34,168 bases of DNA from a virus (IMGVR_UViG_3300036779_000090:1-34168), one strand, 5' to 3'; positions 17,258-27,537 are shown, numbered from the stretch's first letter. Numbers and translations are program-made. The notes: a model not told the origin generated them from the sequence alone.

Positions 17258-17701
17258 TCACCCTTCCATCGGGCGTCTCTTCCCGATTCTTGGCATTTTT
17301 GGGTCTTCGATCAAACCAACTCGACGCCCAAACCCAGCAAGCTGCACCTGAAGCTGGTCTACCTTGCGCTCCATGCGTTGCAGCGATTGCCAGAATTTTT
17401 CGGCAACCCCGGTGATTTGAATGGTCGCTGCCTTAGCGTGCGCCATCGGTGGCCCCGGCGGCGGCAGCACTGACAGCGGCGCGGGTTTCACATGCTTGTA
17501 ACGCGGGGGGTGCTGTCGGCTGCGACGCAGGTAAGGCCGCTTTGTTTCGGCGATACGACCGTTATTACAGCCCCAATACGCAGAAACGTCCTGGATACGA
17601 TCGCCACGAACCAGCATGCCTTTGATAATCGCGGCGTCGGCTTCGGTCGTGCGGCGCTCCACACCACCATCAGGTCGTATCAAAAAAGCGTCACTTGCCA
17701 T
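17258..17701 (-). CDS. Hypothetical protein (HTH-like region plus coiled coil)
   Basis: GGAGGGAG RBS. IIKGMLVRGDRIQDVSAYWGCNNGRIAE. Confidence 0.7.
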   Translation of the reverse strand: MASDAFLIRPDGGVERRTTEADAAIIKGMLVRGDRIQDVSAYWGCNNGRIAETKRPYLRRSRQHPPRYKHVKPAPLSVLPPPGPPMAHAKAATIQITGVAEKFWQSLQRMERKVDQLQVQLAGFGRRVGLIEDPKMPRIGKRRPMEG

Positions 17702-17713
17702 TGTCTCCCTCCT

Positions 17714-18721
17714 TTATTCGACTTCCACCTCATTACCCCAAGAATCCCAACCGTCAAAGCTCTCACGCGCGAACATCTCCAGCTTGGGCAGTGACGGGAA
17801 CATCTCCTCAATCATCTCATGCACCGCAAAGGGCTTAACAGAGTGCTTTCTGCGCGGTGCCTCGATAACAGAATCGTACTGGTCACCCGGCGCAGGAGCG
17901 GGAATGTCACCACGCGTACCGACCAATAGAAGTTCATGGCGGTTGCGGTTCCAGTAACCAGTACCGACGCGGTCCTTGATCCACACAAAGTTACTCTTAT
18001 AGTCAAACCCCCATGCCCGCATTAAATCCAACGCTTCCAGTAGCATTGGAGCGGTTGCCCACAAGAACAACACACAATCTTCGGCGGCAGGTACGGGTAG
18101 TGCTTTGATGGTCTTGAGTGTCATTGTCGGATAGTGATTATCGGCTGCCCGGTCCATCCCAGTGTCACGACTATAGGGTTCAAAACGCCACGGCGGATCG
18201 GCCAGGATCACATTGTAAAGTGACTTATGAATGGTGGTGGCAGCCGCTGCGGTCGCTTCCGCGAGTTCCTCGATACGACTGGCGCGACGTTGCTGTTTCT
18301 CCTCAGTGGTGCCGGAACCGGCTGCCGCAACACGGCGCTTGGTCCGCTCTAGATGTTCCTCAAACTTCTCCTCGGACATCGCGGCCTTAGCCTGCCACCG
18401 CGAGGACTGAATCTTGTTGATGCCGAGATCGGTCAGTTCCGATTTCAAAGTAACGCCGCGCAACTTTGATTTTTGGTCCCCGCCTTGCGGTCGCCGCTCG
18501 CCTCGGTAACGCATCTCGATCAGGATTTCACCGGCACGCCGCTCGGCGCGTTCCCTGATCTCGGTGGCATTGTTGATCATGTCATAATCTTGTGCCTGCT
18601 GCGCGTACACCTGAGCCGCAACCGCCATGTCACGGACTTGTTTAACCTCATCGATCCGCACTGCTTTGGCCAACGCCGCGCGAGCGGCATCGTAGTGAAT
18701 AAGTGTTACCTCAGTTCCCAT
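17714..18721 (-). CDS. MT-A70 family N6-adenine methyltransferase with a phage N-terminal domain
   Basis: Motifs ILADPPW, HYPTM, LFLWAT, WGFDYK..FVWIK, GTGYW.RN.HE, HSVKP, LEMFAR...WDSWGNE. Confidence 0.92.
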   Translation of the reverse strand: MGTEVTLIHYDAARAALAKAVRIDEVKQVRDMAVAAQVYAQQAQDYDMINNATEIRERAERRAGEILIEMRYRGERRPQGGDQKSKLRGVTLKSELTDLGINKIQSSRWQAKAAMSEEKFEEHLERTKRRVAAAGSGTTEEKQQRRASRIEELAEATAAAATTIHKSLYNVILADPPWRFEPYSRDTGMDRAADNHYPTMTLKTIKALPVPAAEDCVLFLWATAPMLLEALDLMRAWGFDYKSNFVWIKDRVGTGYWNRNRHELLLVGTRGDIPAPAPGDQYDSVIEAPRRKHSVKPFAVHEMIEEMFPSLPKLEMFARESFDGWDSWGNEVEVE

Positions 18722-18736
18722 GACACATCTCCCCCT

Positions 18737-19777
18737 TTACTCGGCGGCGTAGCGGTATTTCTGGCGGGTGCCCGCCAAGAATAGCTCTTCGGTTTCGGCC
18801 CATAGCGCAGTCACCGCCTCATCAACCCGGCGCACTTCGGCCCAGTATACCGGGTCCGGCATACCGTCGATCCGCCGCTGGTAGCTGGGGCGGGTGACAT
18901 CGATCACGTCTTTCCAGCGGTCGATATCTTCGAGCCAGTCCAGACCGGACGCCAGCGAATCTATCCCGTGACCAAAACGTATAGTAAATTCACAGGTCCG
19001 CAGTGGTAATGAAATCTTGTTTTTCTCGCACTTGGCACGAATTCGGATACCAACTGGTCGCTTTATCTTGGCATGTTGCGCGGTGAGGGTGTTTAAGTGA
19101 CTAAGCCACAGACACTGACTTGCATAGAAGTCGAGGGCGCGGCCACCGCTGCGGGTCTTCTTCTTGGCGAACTTGGCCATAAAGCCTTCGGTGATCCGGT
19201 CGCGGGTCTGCGATACGATGATCAGACACATGCGCGCCCTTGACACCTCGCCCTTGCACATCCGCAGTAACTTACCCATCTGCTTCGCCTTCTCGCCTCC
19301 ATATGTACCCTGGTCAAAGTCACGCTTTAGTTCGGCTTTGTCACTCAACGCATCGAGCGAGTCCACGATATACAACGCGGTGGTGTTCCTCTTGGCAGTT
19401 TCTGTCACCGCCTTGCACAAGTCCTCATAGAAGTCCTCGACGGTGACAAACTCATCGGGATCGATGAATTGTACCCGATCGGTCGGCATACCGAGTGCTT
19501 CGGCGTAGGGTTCATCAAACGCTGACTCGGACTCCCGATAATAAATGTTACCCTTTGGGTACTTCCGCGCAAAATTGGCACAGGCTTCAATCGCCATCAG
19601 TGTCTTACCGGTGCTCTCGTCACCAATGATGTTACTAATCCGCGACAATGGCCAACCACCGCCCAAGGTACAATCCAGGACGGCGGCACCAGAGGGTATG
19701 AATTCAATACCGTTGTTACGACGGGCGAAATAGTTACCGGGACCATCGTCATCAATAAGTGCCACCCGTGCTGCCAT
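18737..19777 (-). CDS. recA: RecA/UvsX-like recombinase
   Basis: LDCTLGGG, Walker A GDESTGKT, IVDSLDAL, SQTR, SGGRALDFYAS, KNK. Confidence 0.92.
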   Translation of the reverse strand: MAARVALIDDDGPGNYFARRNNGIEFIPSGAAVLDCTLGGGWPLSRISNIIGDESTGKTLMAIEACANFARKYPKGNIYYRESESAFDEPYAEALGMPTDRVQFIDPDEFVTVEDFYEDLCKAVTETAKRNTTALYIVDSLDALSDKAELKRDFDQGTYGGEKAKQMGKLLRMCKGEVSRARMCLIIVSQTRDRITEGFMAKFAKKKTRSGGRALDFYASQCLWLSHLNTLTAQHAKIKRPVGIRIRAKCEKNKISLPLRTCEFTIRFGHGIDSLASGLDWLEDIDRWKDVIDVTRPSYQRRIDGMPDPVYWAEVRRVDEAVTALWAETEELFLAGTRQKYRYAAE

Positions 19778-19880
19778 TGTATCCTCCGTTTGAGTGACAG
19801 ACTATTCTCCCGGTCTGTCAGCGGTACGGTCACCTAACCGCTTTCTACAAGGTCGTCACCCACTAGTGCGGTTCAGTCAC

Positions 19881-21137
19881 CTAATCACGATTGCGGCTCA
19901 GCCGCGACCGCAACCGGGAATGCCGATCGTCCGGCTCGCCATCGTCGTCACGATCGCGGGCACGGGCGCGAGTGGCAGGGCTGCGGCTGCCGCTGGCAGG
20001 TTCGGACTCGAACGGCGGCTCGTCATCGTCCTCTTCCTCCACTGGCACGCGACTACGGGTGCGGCTGGTACGGCGCGGCGGCGGCTCATCATCCTCCTCC
20101 TCCACTGGCACACGGCTACGAGTGCGACGCGGCGGCTCCGGGATATCGTCATCAATTTCCCGTGCCAACCGGCTGCGGCGCGGCGGCTGTACCGCGCGCG
20201 TCATCTCCGGATCGTCCTCTTCCTCGTCTTCCACCTCCTGCGGCTGCGCACGCCCGCGCGACCGCATACGCGGTGCTTCCTCCTCCCGCTGGCGGCGCAG
20301 CGGCGCGAGGTCGACATCCTCGTCATCGTCGTCCGGTGGTGCGGTGGCGCGCCCACGGTCACGATCGCGCCCACGGTCACGGTCACGATCGCGCCCACGA
20401 TCGTCACCATTCTCCTCCTCGTCATCGGTCGCTTTACCGGAATACACTTCATCGATGTGTTCCGGCTTGTAGAAGTTCAGGGCACTCGGTAACGGCTTGT
20501 CAAAAATGTAATCGAGTACCTCTTCGTACTGCCGATTGTCATCCGTCATCGGGCTGTCTTCGCGCACCACTTGGTAACCCCGGTACCGCGTGTTGAGCTT
20601 TTGTCCCGACCGCGTGAACTCCAGGTCGTAACCACGCTCCGTATCGACAATGTTGAGCACACTACCCTTGCGCCGGTTGACACTTTGGGCCGCGATCTCG
20701 CTATCGGCTGTTCCCGACACGCGCCACAACATGACACCGTTCTGCGGCTGGTTCCGATCGAGGATGTAGTAAACAATGCTCTGTGTCGGTAACAGTGCCT
20801 TACGATCTTCGGTGGTGGCACGGGCACCGAGAGAGTACAACTCGTCACACAGTGGGCAGCTTTTGTGCGGTGACGTTTTGTTTTCCTTTAGACACAGATA
20901 AGCACCCTCCTTCGGTCCTATGTTGTAGTGGACCCAGATCGGGAACCCGTAGTGTGACGCTCCTCTCCAGGTCGGCGGCAGGATACGGACGTTGTTCCGC
21001 CCTTCCGCCGGTTTGTACACCTTCACTCCCTTGAACAGGTTGTCGTACATCGAGCCTTGTCGATCGGCCCGCTCGACTGTCTGTTCGTAACTCGGTGGCT
21101 GGTAGTCAAACTCGCGCCGTCGCGTGCCTCTCGCCAT
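19881..21137 (-). CDS. Single-stranded DNA-binding protein, gp32-like, with a long charged tail
   Basis: G.N.VRILPP, H...CL...CPLC zinc site, D.ERGYDL...RSG....T.Y. About 180-aa D/E/R/P-rich tail. Confidence 0.78.
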   Translation of the reverse strand: MARGTRRREFDYQPPSYEQTVERADRQGSMYDNLFKGVKVYKPAEGRNNVRILPPTWRGASHYGFPIWVHYNIGPKEGAYLCLKENKTSPHKSCPLCDELYSLGARATTEDRKALLPTQSIVYYILDRNQPQNGVMLWRVSGTADSEIAAQSVNRRKGSVLNIVDTERGYDLEFTRSGQKLNTRYRGYQVVREDSPMTDDNRQYEEVLDYIFDKPLPSALNFYKPEHIDEVYSGKATDDEEENGDDRGRDRDRDRGRDRDRGRATAPPDDDDEDVDLAPLRRQREEEAPRMRSRGRAQPQEVEDEEEDDPEMTRAVQPPRRSRLAREIDDDIPEPPRRTRSRVPVEEEDDEPPPRRTSRTRSRVPVEEEDDDEPPFESEPASGSRSPATRARARDRDDDGEPDDRHSRLRSRLSRNRD

Positions 21138-21272
21138 CTGTCGCCTCCGACATCATTTGTTGCAGGAACTCTTTCTTGCGCCGATGCCAACCGCATGACG
21201 CGAGGTAACCGCCCATGTAACAAGTGAGCATAAAGAACACAAAGGCGGTCACTGCCATCAATAGGAGGTGCA

Positions 21273-21740
21273 TCATTGCCGCATCCTTCTATGTCGTTCA
21301 CGTTCACTGGCCATACGCTCGTCAACATAGTCACCGGCACCATGTATGTAAGCCAGTTCCTTCATCGAGTAACCGCGCTGTCGGTAACTCTCTCGCAGAC
21401 CGTCCCAGTCATTGACTATCTTCTCAGCATCGATAAGCCGGTCATGCGCCTGTGAATATAATGGGTTCAGGGTAATGTGTGCCTGCACCACATCCACCGT
21501 GTACTTCTTACCGTCACTATCAAGCCGGTCACGTACCTCAAGCTTGATCTGTGCTTCGACCTCGCCGAGTGCCTTCTTTATTTGGTCACGGTACTTAATG
21601 GCGAGGGCGTACCACCCGGCGACGTGACCAAACAATTGTGACTGTTCGACCAGATTCTCACTCAGGGTCGTCACGCTACAATCCACCGAAGCATTGAGTT
21701 GCACGTAGGCTTCGCGCATCGCCGCGTCATGCTTTGCCAT
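21273..21740 (-). CDS. UvsY-like recombination mediator or helical protein
   Basis: Helical protein with KYT...V.A.I...P.Y and S..QRG. Adjacent to SSB and RecA. Confidence 0.55.
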   Translation of the reverse strand: MAKHDAAMREAYVQLNASVDCSVTTLSENLVEQSQLFGHVAGWYALAIKYRDQIKKALGEVEAQIKLEVRDRLDSDGKKYTVDVVQAHITLNPLYSQAHDRLIDAEKIVNDWDGLRESYRQRGYSMKELAYIHGAGDYVDERMASERERHRRMRQ

Positions 21741-21743
21741 CGG

Positions 21744-23021
21744 TTACTCTCCCCGAACGATTAGGTACAGTGCGAGAACCAGTGACTCCATATCAACCGG
21801 CTCCTCGAAATTCTGTAACACCTTAGCAGCGTAATCCAGTAAACGCTTATTGTTCTTTTCGTTCAGTAACACCGTCTTGTAGTATTCACGGATCACCCGC
21901 CGAATAGTCTCTGGGTACGCTTCGGCGTTTTTTAACAGTGACTGAAAATCCGCCCATTCGGAACTCTCTTTAAGTAACCGCGCCAACCGGTATGGTATCT
22001 CTGACGGGTCTTTATCATCGGCGATGCCGATCGCCTCTAATGCCTCATCGCGTGTCGTGAAGTGACTGCAAATCGACAGGAGTGTCATTGCACGGCGGGG
22101 CGCGCCGTGTGACTGTCGCGCACACACACCCAGCACCTCACTCGGTGTCGTCCAACGTTCCTTCTTACACACCTTCTTGAGGTGGTCGATCATATCGTTC
22201 TGACCGACATCTTCCAAGTGGATCGACACACACCGTTGAGATTCAAAGGTCGGCGGCACCTTGCCGATCTCGGTGGTGACAAAAATTATGTAAAGTCCTT
22301 TCGGCGGCTTTTCAACTATAGCCAGTAACGCCTTCCACGCCGCTTGGCTCAGCATGTGCGCTTCATCAATGATAACCACATGGACACCGGTAAAGCGGAA
22401 CGCGTAAGACTCAGTCAATTCCCGCATGTCATCGACACCACCGTGTGTCGCCGCGTCCACCGGAGTCACTCTATCGGCACGAAGGAACCGCGCCACCACC
22501 AGTGCCAGGGTGGTCTTACCGGTACCCGGTTTGCCGTGGAATACCCACGCATGGATACCGTTTGATTCTGTTCGGCGGAAGATGGAAATCGCCTTTTGCT
22601 GACCGACTATCTCGGCAAAAGTCACCGGTCGGTGACTTTCGTGGAACGACTGTGCATCCACCGTGGATGATTTCAGTTCGTCTATTATGACTCGTTGACT
22701 GCGTGACTCTTTCAGCATCTGCTTTATATCTCCAGGTGAGAGTCCGGGAACAACAACCTTGATCACTTCCTGATTTTCGCGTTCCCTACCAGTGCCGATC
22801 ACGATACCTCTGTCCCGAAACGGTTTTATTCGGGGTGACACTGTTCGATACTTTACACCAGTAATATCCGAGATTTCGTTAGCAGTCAGTCCATTCGGGT
22901 TGTCGCACAACGCTTCGTATACCAGACACGCTGCGGTTAAATGACCACGCTCCGCAGCCTTGTGACTGGTACCCGGATCGGTGCGTCGCGCAAAAGCCCC
23001 GTGGTACACCTTAGACATCAC
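21744..23021 (-). CDS. Clamp loader (DnaX gamma/tau-like AAA+) with N-terminal wHTH domain
   Basis: HRPVTFAEIVGQ, GKPGTGKTT, DAATHGGVDDMR, IIDEAHMLS..A..ALL..VEKPP. Confidence 0.88.
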   Translation of the reverse strand: MMSKVYHGAFARRTDPGTSHKAAERGHLTAACLVYEALCDNPNGLTANEISDITGVKYRTVSPRIKPFRDRGIVIGTGRERENQEVIKVVVPGLSPGDIKQMLKESRSQRVIIDELKSSTVDAQSFHESHRPVTFAEIVGQQKAISIFRRTESNGIHAWVFHGKPGTGKTTLALVVARFLRADRVTPVDAATHGGVDDMRELTESYAFRFTGVHVVIIDEAHMLSQAAWKALLAIVEKPPKGLYIIFVTTEIGKVPPTFESQRCVSIHLEDVGQNDMIDHLKKVCKKERWTTPSEVLGVCARQSHGAPRRAMTLLSICSHFTTRDEALEAIGIADDKDPSEIPYRLARLLKESSEWADFQSLLKNAEAYPETIRRVIREYYKTVLLNEKNNKRLLDYAAKVLQNFEEPVDMESLVLALYLIVRGE

Positions 23022-25615
23022 ACAAACTCCCGTGCTCTTATCGGCCAGCCCAGCCGTTCGACACTGGAAAAGGTACCGGCTTTATTCATCTCGGCCCAAT
23101 TGGAACCGGTCTTCACTTCCGCGACCAAAGGTACTGCAAACCACGGGAACTCCCGGCCATCGAGCATCACATCGAGGATGAGTGGCGCGGAGTCCTCATA
23201 GTCACGCTGTGAATTGAAACAGAAGGTGAGGTCATCGTGTATCTGCATGTTGGCCTGGAGTAACGGGTTACCGGTTTCACTCAGCCGGTTCATCCCCAAC
23301 ATCACGATCCGGTTGGTGGCACCTTGCACCGGTGTATTAATCCGCTGACCATGACTCAACGGCGCGTGACGCCGTAACCCGTCAAACAACTGCACATAAC
23401 CTTTGTCACTGAATTGTTTCTCGATGACATCCTGCCACTTATGGACACCGGCAAATTGTGTCCAAAACGCATCATAGAGCTTATACAGTTCCCGATCTTC
23501 GCATTCGAGCCGCCTAGCGGTACTCGACAAACTGGCACCATAGAACAGCGCGAACACCCAGATAGACTTAATCTTACCGCCGCGAAAATCCTCCATCACC
23601 TTCTTGTCTTTGATCTTCTCCTTGCCACCGACCAGCCGGGGCACCGCGTGCGCGATCCGCTCTGCCCACTCCATGTGGATGTCATAATCTTCCCACAGTG
23701 CCTTACAGTAGTGACGGTCACGGGAACCGCAGGCAATGATCCTGGCGTCGATCTGACCGTAGTCAAACGCTGCCATTACCTTGGCGGCGATCTGAGCACG
23801 CGCCCTCTTGCCCTCCGGTGTCCGTATCGGCACGTTCTGAATATTGGGGTCTTCACTATTGAGCCGACCGGTTTCAGTGAAACAGGTACCCAGATTGGTG
23901 TGAATTATGTTACCGGGGTACACATTAGGACCGTCCGGTGAGTACGGGTCAACATAAGTACCTTTAATCTTTTGTACCTTACGGAAGGTCAGGATCGCAC
24001 CGGATATCGGGTGCTTCACCTCTTTGAGCACTGACTCCTTGGTTGACCATCCCGGCCCAGGTTGACCGGCGCGGGTCTTGAGTATGTCACGCAGCATAAT
24101 GATGACATGCGGCGGTGACCCTGGATTAAACTCGTCACGCGTGAGTCTCTTGAACTCCTCCGCTTCCGGGAACGCCAACACCGCTGCCTTGGCCTTGGCC
24201 AGCTTACGAGCGTACTCCCTGCGGAGTTCCTTGTTTATTGTGGCATCGAGCGGAACGCCCTTAAGCTGCGTGAGCACCACTGTCGGTACCTGTCGTACCT
24301 TTTCTTCATACACTGCCGCCAGCCCAGCTTCCGCGATGGCGGCTTCCTGTTCCAGGTACACAAACCGATGATACTTGGCATCGATACCATTGTACGGAAG
24401 GAGTGTCTCAAGCCCCTCATCACGCATCCTCGCCTTGTTCATCTTCGGTGACAGTTTCTTGATATTGATCCCGAAGTGTTGCAGGGTCAGCCATTCGAGT
24501 GACAGTGGACCGCCCTGGACATGGTCACCTGATCGCTCATCGATCACGTAAGCCTGGGTCAGGGTGTCTTCCCACGGTACCGACCGCGCGTATTCCTCGC
24601 CATAGAAGTAACACGTCCACTCCATTTCGAATGACAGTTGGTGGACCGCCTTCTTGGCGCGTGACTGGAGAAACCGCATCCAGGCGTCGTCAATGATCCG
24701 TAACTGTTTGTCACTCCATCCCGCCGCTGGGTGACGGTAGGCAAAAGATACCGTTTCGTCTTCGGTCGATACCGCAGCGGTCAGTATCTCGGAGTCTGTA
24801 TTGTACGGACGCAGGTTTTGTGTCTCGTAATCGACACCGGTAACTGGCTGCGCACCGGCGTATTTGAGGAACTGCAACAGGTAATCTAGATCGTCACTGC
24901 GGCTACCGGTCAGACAGGTAATGTCACTACGGGCAAATTCCGCTGTATGTACAACGGGTTCCGGCAATCCGGCCTCAACTTCGGCAAAGGCACGGCGCAA
25001 ATCGAGTTCCAGAGCGAACTCATCGTCAGCGCCACCCCAACCATTGTTCCGCCGTTGGTGAAGGATACCCGCTGGGTGGAACATCGGGTAGTACCAACAG
25101 ACGTAGTCACCGACCTTGATCGGGAACCGTCGACCACGCCACAGATAGATACCACCGGAACGCCCCGCCCAGGTCAGCGGCTGCGCACCCAGACCAAAGA
25201 TCGCCACCGGTTGTGACTGTGCAATGTCACGCTCGATGCGTGGACGGCAGCACTCGCGCTCAACCCGCTCCGGATCACGGTTGTCGGGCGGACGGCATTG
25301 TAGGATGTTGTTCCACCGGATATACTTCAGGAACTTCGCCGGGATGTACGGGCGCAACAAGTCACCGGACTCACCGACAAACTGCCGTCCCTCCTCATCC
25401 TCCACCCGACCGGGAGCTTCGCCGATGATATAGACTTCCGGCTCGCGCGCGCCGGTCGCGGGCATCTTTGGGTGCCGCAGCCCTGGTGCGTGGTTGAGCG
25501 GGCAGGCGCGGCACTCTAGCTGGTGCAGCAGGCGGTCACTGACCACGCTTTTATTGCTGGTATTGGTTGCCCCGGTCTCTGCCGGGACTAGGCCCAGAAT
25601 CCCCCCAAAACCCAT
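23018..25615 (-). CDS. Family A DNA polymerase with N-terminal family-4 uracil-DNA glycosylase and 3'-5' exonuclease domains
   Basis: UDG motifs C.ACPL, GEAPG, FVGESG, CRPP.NR.P, HPA. Exonuclease motifs DYET, YNGID. Polymerase motifs TETGRLNS..PNIQN, DYGQIDAR, K....FALFYG, INTPVQG, IHDD. Confidence 0.93.
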   Translation of the reverse strand: MGFGGILGLVPAETGATNTSNKSVVSDRLLHQLECRACPLNHAPGLRHPKMPATGAREPEVYIIGEAPGRVEDEEGRQFVGESGDLLRPYIPAKFLKYIRWNNILQCRPPDNRDPERVERECCRPRIERDIAQSQPVAIFGLGAQPLTWAGRSGGIYLWRGRRFPIKVGDYVCWYYPMFHPAGILHQRRNNGWGGADDEFALELDLRRAFAEVEAGLPEPVVHTAEFARSDITCLTGSRSDDLDYLLQFLKYAGAQPVTGVDYETQNLRPYNTDSEILTAAVSTEDETVSFAYRHPAAGWSDKQLRIIDDAWMRFLQSRAKKAVHQLSFEMEWTCYFYGEEYARSVPWEDTLTQAYVIDERSGDHVQGGPLSLEWLTLQHFGINIKKLSPKMNKARMRDEGLETLLPYNGIDAKYHRFVYLEQEAAIAEAGLAAVYEEKVRQVPTVVLTQLKGVPLDATINKELRREYARKLAKAKAAVLAFPEAEEFKRLTRDEFNPGSPPHVIIMLRDILKTRAGQPGPGWSTKESVLKEVKHPISGAILTFRKVQKIKGTYVDPYSPDGPNVYPGNIIHTNLGTCFTETGRLNSEDPNIQNVPIRTPEGKRARAQIAAKVMAAFDYGQIDARIIACGSRDRHYCKALWEDYDIHMEWAERIAHAVPRLVGGKEKIKDKKVMEDFRGGKIKSIWVFALFYGASLSSTARRLECEDRELYKLYDAFWTQFAGVHKWQDVIEKQFSDKGYVQLFDGLRRHAPLSHGQRINTPVQGATNRIVMLGMNRLSETGNPLLQANMQIHDDLTFCFNSQRDYEDSAPLILDVMLDGREFPWFAVPLVAEVKTGSNWAEMNKAGTFSSVERLGWPIRAREFV

Positions 25616-25671
25616 CTGCGTGCCCTCCTATTTATTATATACGGGCGACGCACACTGACTTGGGCCAAAAC

Positions 25672-26751
25672 CTACCGCTTGGTCGAAATAAAATGAAAAA
25701 ATCCTGGCGGGCCGGTCAGCACCACACTGTTCTGGGTCAGCGCCAGCGACGTGCGACCACCGAGAGCACGCCGGACCAGCGCGACATCGGTCTTGACCTT
25801 CAGATCGGCGTGCCCTGCCACATCGTTGATCTCGACCAGATCATCAAACTCACCGGCGGCACTCCTGGCGTAGAGGTGTAGCACGCGCGCGTCGTCATCC
25901 ACCGAAGTGACTTCAAGCTCGACTGGTGTCTTTTCTGGTACCATCGCCGCCGCGCGCGACAGCGCGTGGTTCAGGTCACTCGGTATCACAAAGGCCAGCG
26001 CGATCTCGTCTTCGTAGTCACTAACGAACCTGGGGAAATCTACGGGTGAATTATCATCCACCAATTTCGCGTACACTGTGACTGCCATCTGTTCCGAGTC
26101 ACCGGCACAAAACACCGCGTCATCGGTCATCACCACGCTGACACCGTGACTAAAGTGCCTGATGAAATAGTCACAGAACTCGCGCGGCCATATCGCACGG
26201 TTTGGTATCGTATCGAACAGGGAACATTTCTTGATCCGCGCCCAGGACACGGTCGCCTCATCGGTGGTAAAGGCGTCGATCGCGGTTCCTGCCTGGATAA
26301 GAGTCACACCACGCTCTGCCGGTGACGCCAGCTTCTTACTGACACAGGACAACATGGTCAGCTTGAGCGCGTCGATAAACGCCTGACTGACCATCCGCTC
26401 GTCACCAGTTGGGAACTCTTCGTGGAACAGTGACTCATAGATCGGGCGCATCGGTAACAAAACAGCGGTACCACCAAACTCGACGTTTAGTGTCTTACCA
26501 CTCTTGCTGGCTTCTAAGGTGACATTTCTCGCGGTACTATTCTTTAACAGACCGAGTAACCGGTCACCTTCAACACCACCGGAAAAGTCACTAATGAAAG
26601 GTACTCTAATACCGAGAACATCATTAAATGCGGTGACACGCCTACCATCAAACCAAAAGTGTGACAAACCGGGTACGAGGTTGCGCGTGGTACCTAATGC
26701 TGGCGATGCCGCTTCTAACACCGCCAGCACTAGCGCACGCGCAACTCTCAT
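25672..26751 (-). CDS. DNA sliding clamp (beta-clamp-like)
   Basis: 359 aa with beta-clamp-like three-domain size and pattern (AFND, TTDE, LV...FP, L..ALSRA). Beside the polymerase and clamp loader. Confidence 0.7.
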   Translation of the reverse strand: MRVARALVLAVLEAASPALGTTRNLVPGLSHFWFDGRRVTAFNDVLGIRVPFISDFSGGVEGDRLLGLLKNSTARNVTLEASKSGKTLNVEFGGTAVLLPMRPIYESLFHEEFPTGDERMVSQAFIDALKLTMLSCVSKKLASPAERGVTLIQAGTAIDAFTTDEATVSWARIKKCSLFDTIPNRAIWPREFCDYFIRHFSHGVSVVMTDDAVFCAGDSEQMAVTVYAKLVDDNSPVDFPRFVSDYEDEIALAFVIPSDLNHALSRAAAMVPEKTPVELEVTSVDDDARVLHLYARSAAGEFDDLVEINDVAGHADLKVKTDVALVRRALGGRTSLALTQNSVVLTGPPGFFHFISTKR

Positions 26752-26754
26752 AGA

Positions 26755-27537
26755 TCACTTTCGAGCAAGGGCAGGACTGAAGTCGACGCCGTTCCGCTCC
26801 GACCAAGCGACAACCGCGCGGCACGCCGCCAGGGCACGATCGAGTGTCGTCTCGGAGTAGCTCGCGCCGTCCGTCTTCTCGATTCGTTCCTGGAGTTCCG
26901 GTACCTCGATGCTGCGCTTCTTGAGGTAGTGCGGCATCACCTTGGCATACCGCCCAGAGTCCGGATCGCGCTTGACGCTACGAGCGGCGGGCGCGGCGGG
27001 CGTGCGGGCGCGCTTTGGCGCGGGTGCATCGTCAGCATCATCAGCGGCAACACGGCGCGTGCGGCTCCGCGACGGCGGCGGCGGCGGTTCCGGCTCGTCC
27101 TCCTCCTCCACCACCGCGTCTTCGTCTTCGTCCTCAACAGGCGGCGCAGCGGTGACGCGGGTACGGCGCGACGGCGGCGGCGGGGCAACCTCGTCATCGT
27201 CGTCAATCACCGACACACGCGCGCGGCGCGCCTTCTGCGGCACCGGTTCCGGCATTCCCTCGATGTCGGGAAGGGCTTCCGGCTCCTCCTTGGAGCGCCG
27301 GTTGTCGTTAAAGATACCGGTCGCCTCGTTGACCCAGTCACGCAGGTCTTCGGGCAGGCGATCGAAATCGTTGGCATCCATCCGCCCGAAATGGCGAACC
27401 AGATGATTCTTATACTTTTCGACACCATCGGGCGGCGCGAACTCATGCTCATCGAACTCGATACCCGTGGCATCAACGATGAGGTCGTACAACGACGCTC
27501 CCTCATCCTGATCGGCGTCAGCCGTGGTGTTTCGCAT
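26755..27537 (-). CDS. Acidic low-complexity hypothetical protein
   Basis: AGGAGGT RBS and its own promoter. 260 aa. Confidence 0.75.
   Translation of the reverse strand: MRNTTADADQDEGASLYDLIVDATGIEFDEHEFAPPDGVEKYKNHLVRHFGRMDANDFDRLPEDLRDWVNEATGIFNDNRRSKEEPEALPDIEGMPEPVPQKARRARVSVIDDDDEVAPPPPSRRTRVTAAPPVEDEDEDAVVEEEDEPEPPPPPSRSRTRRVAADDADDAPAPKRARTPAAPAARSVKRDPDSGRYAKVMPHYLKKRSIEVPELQERIEKTDGASYSETTLDRALAACRAVVAWSERNGVDFSPALARK

Noticed and set aside
19794-20596. Long plus-strand ORFs opposite the SSB tail (also 26929-27552, 448-774, 6817-7392, 23414-23941)
   Set aside because: Antisense shadows of well-supported GC-rich minus-strand genes.
25628-25642. TATATAATAAATA upstream of the polymerase as a T4-type late promoter
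   Set aside because: Not an exact TATAAATA, a single occurrence, and upstream of a replication gene. It may simply be a -10 element or an AT-rich translation enhancer.
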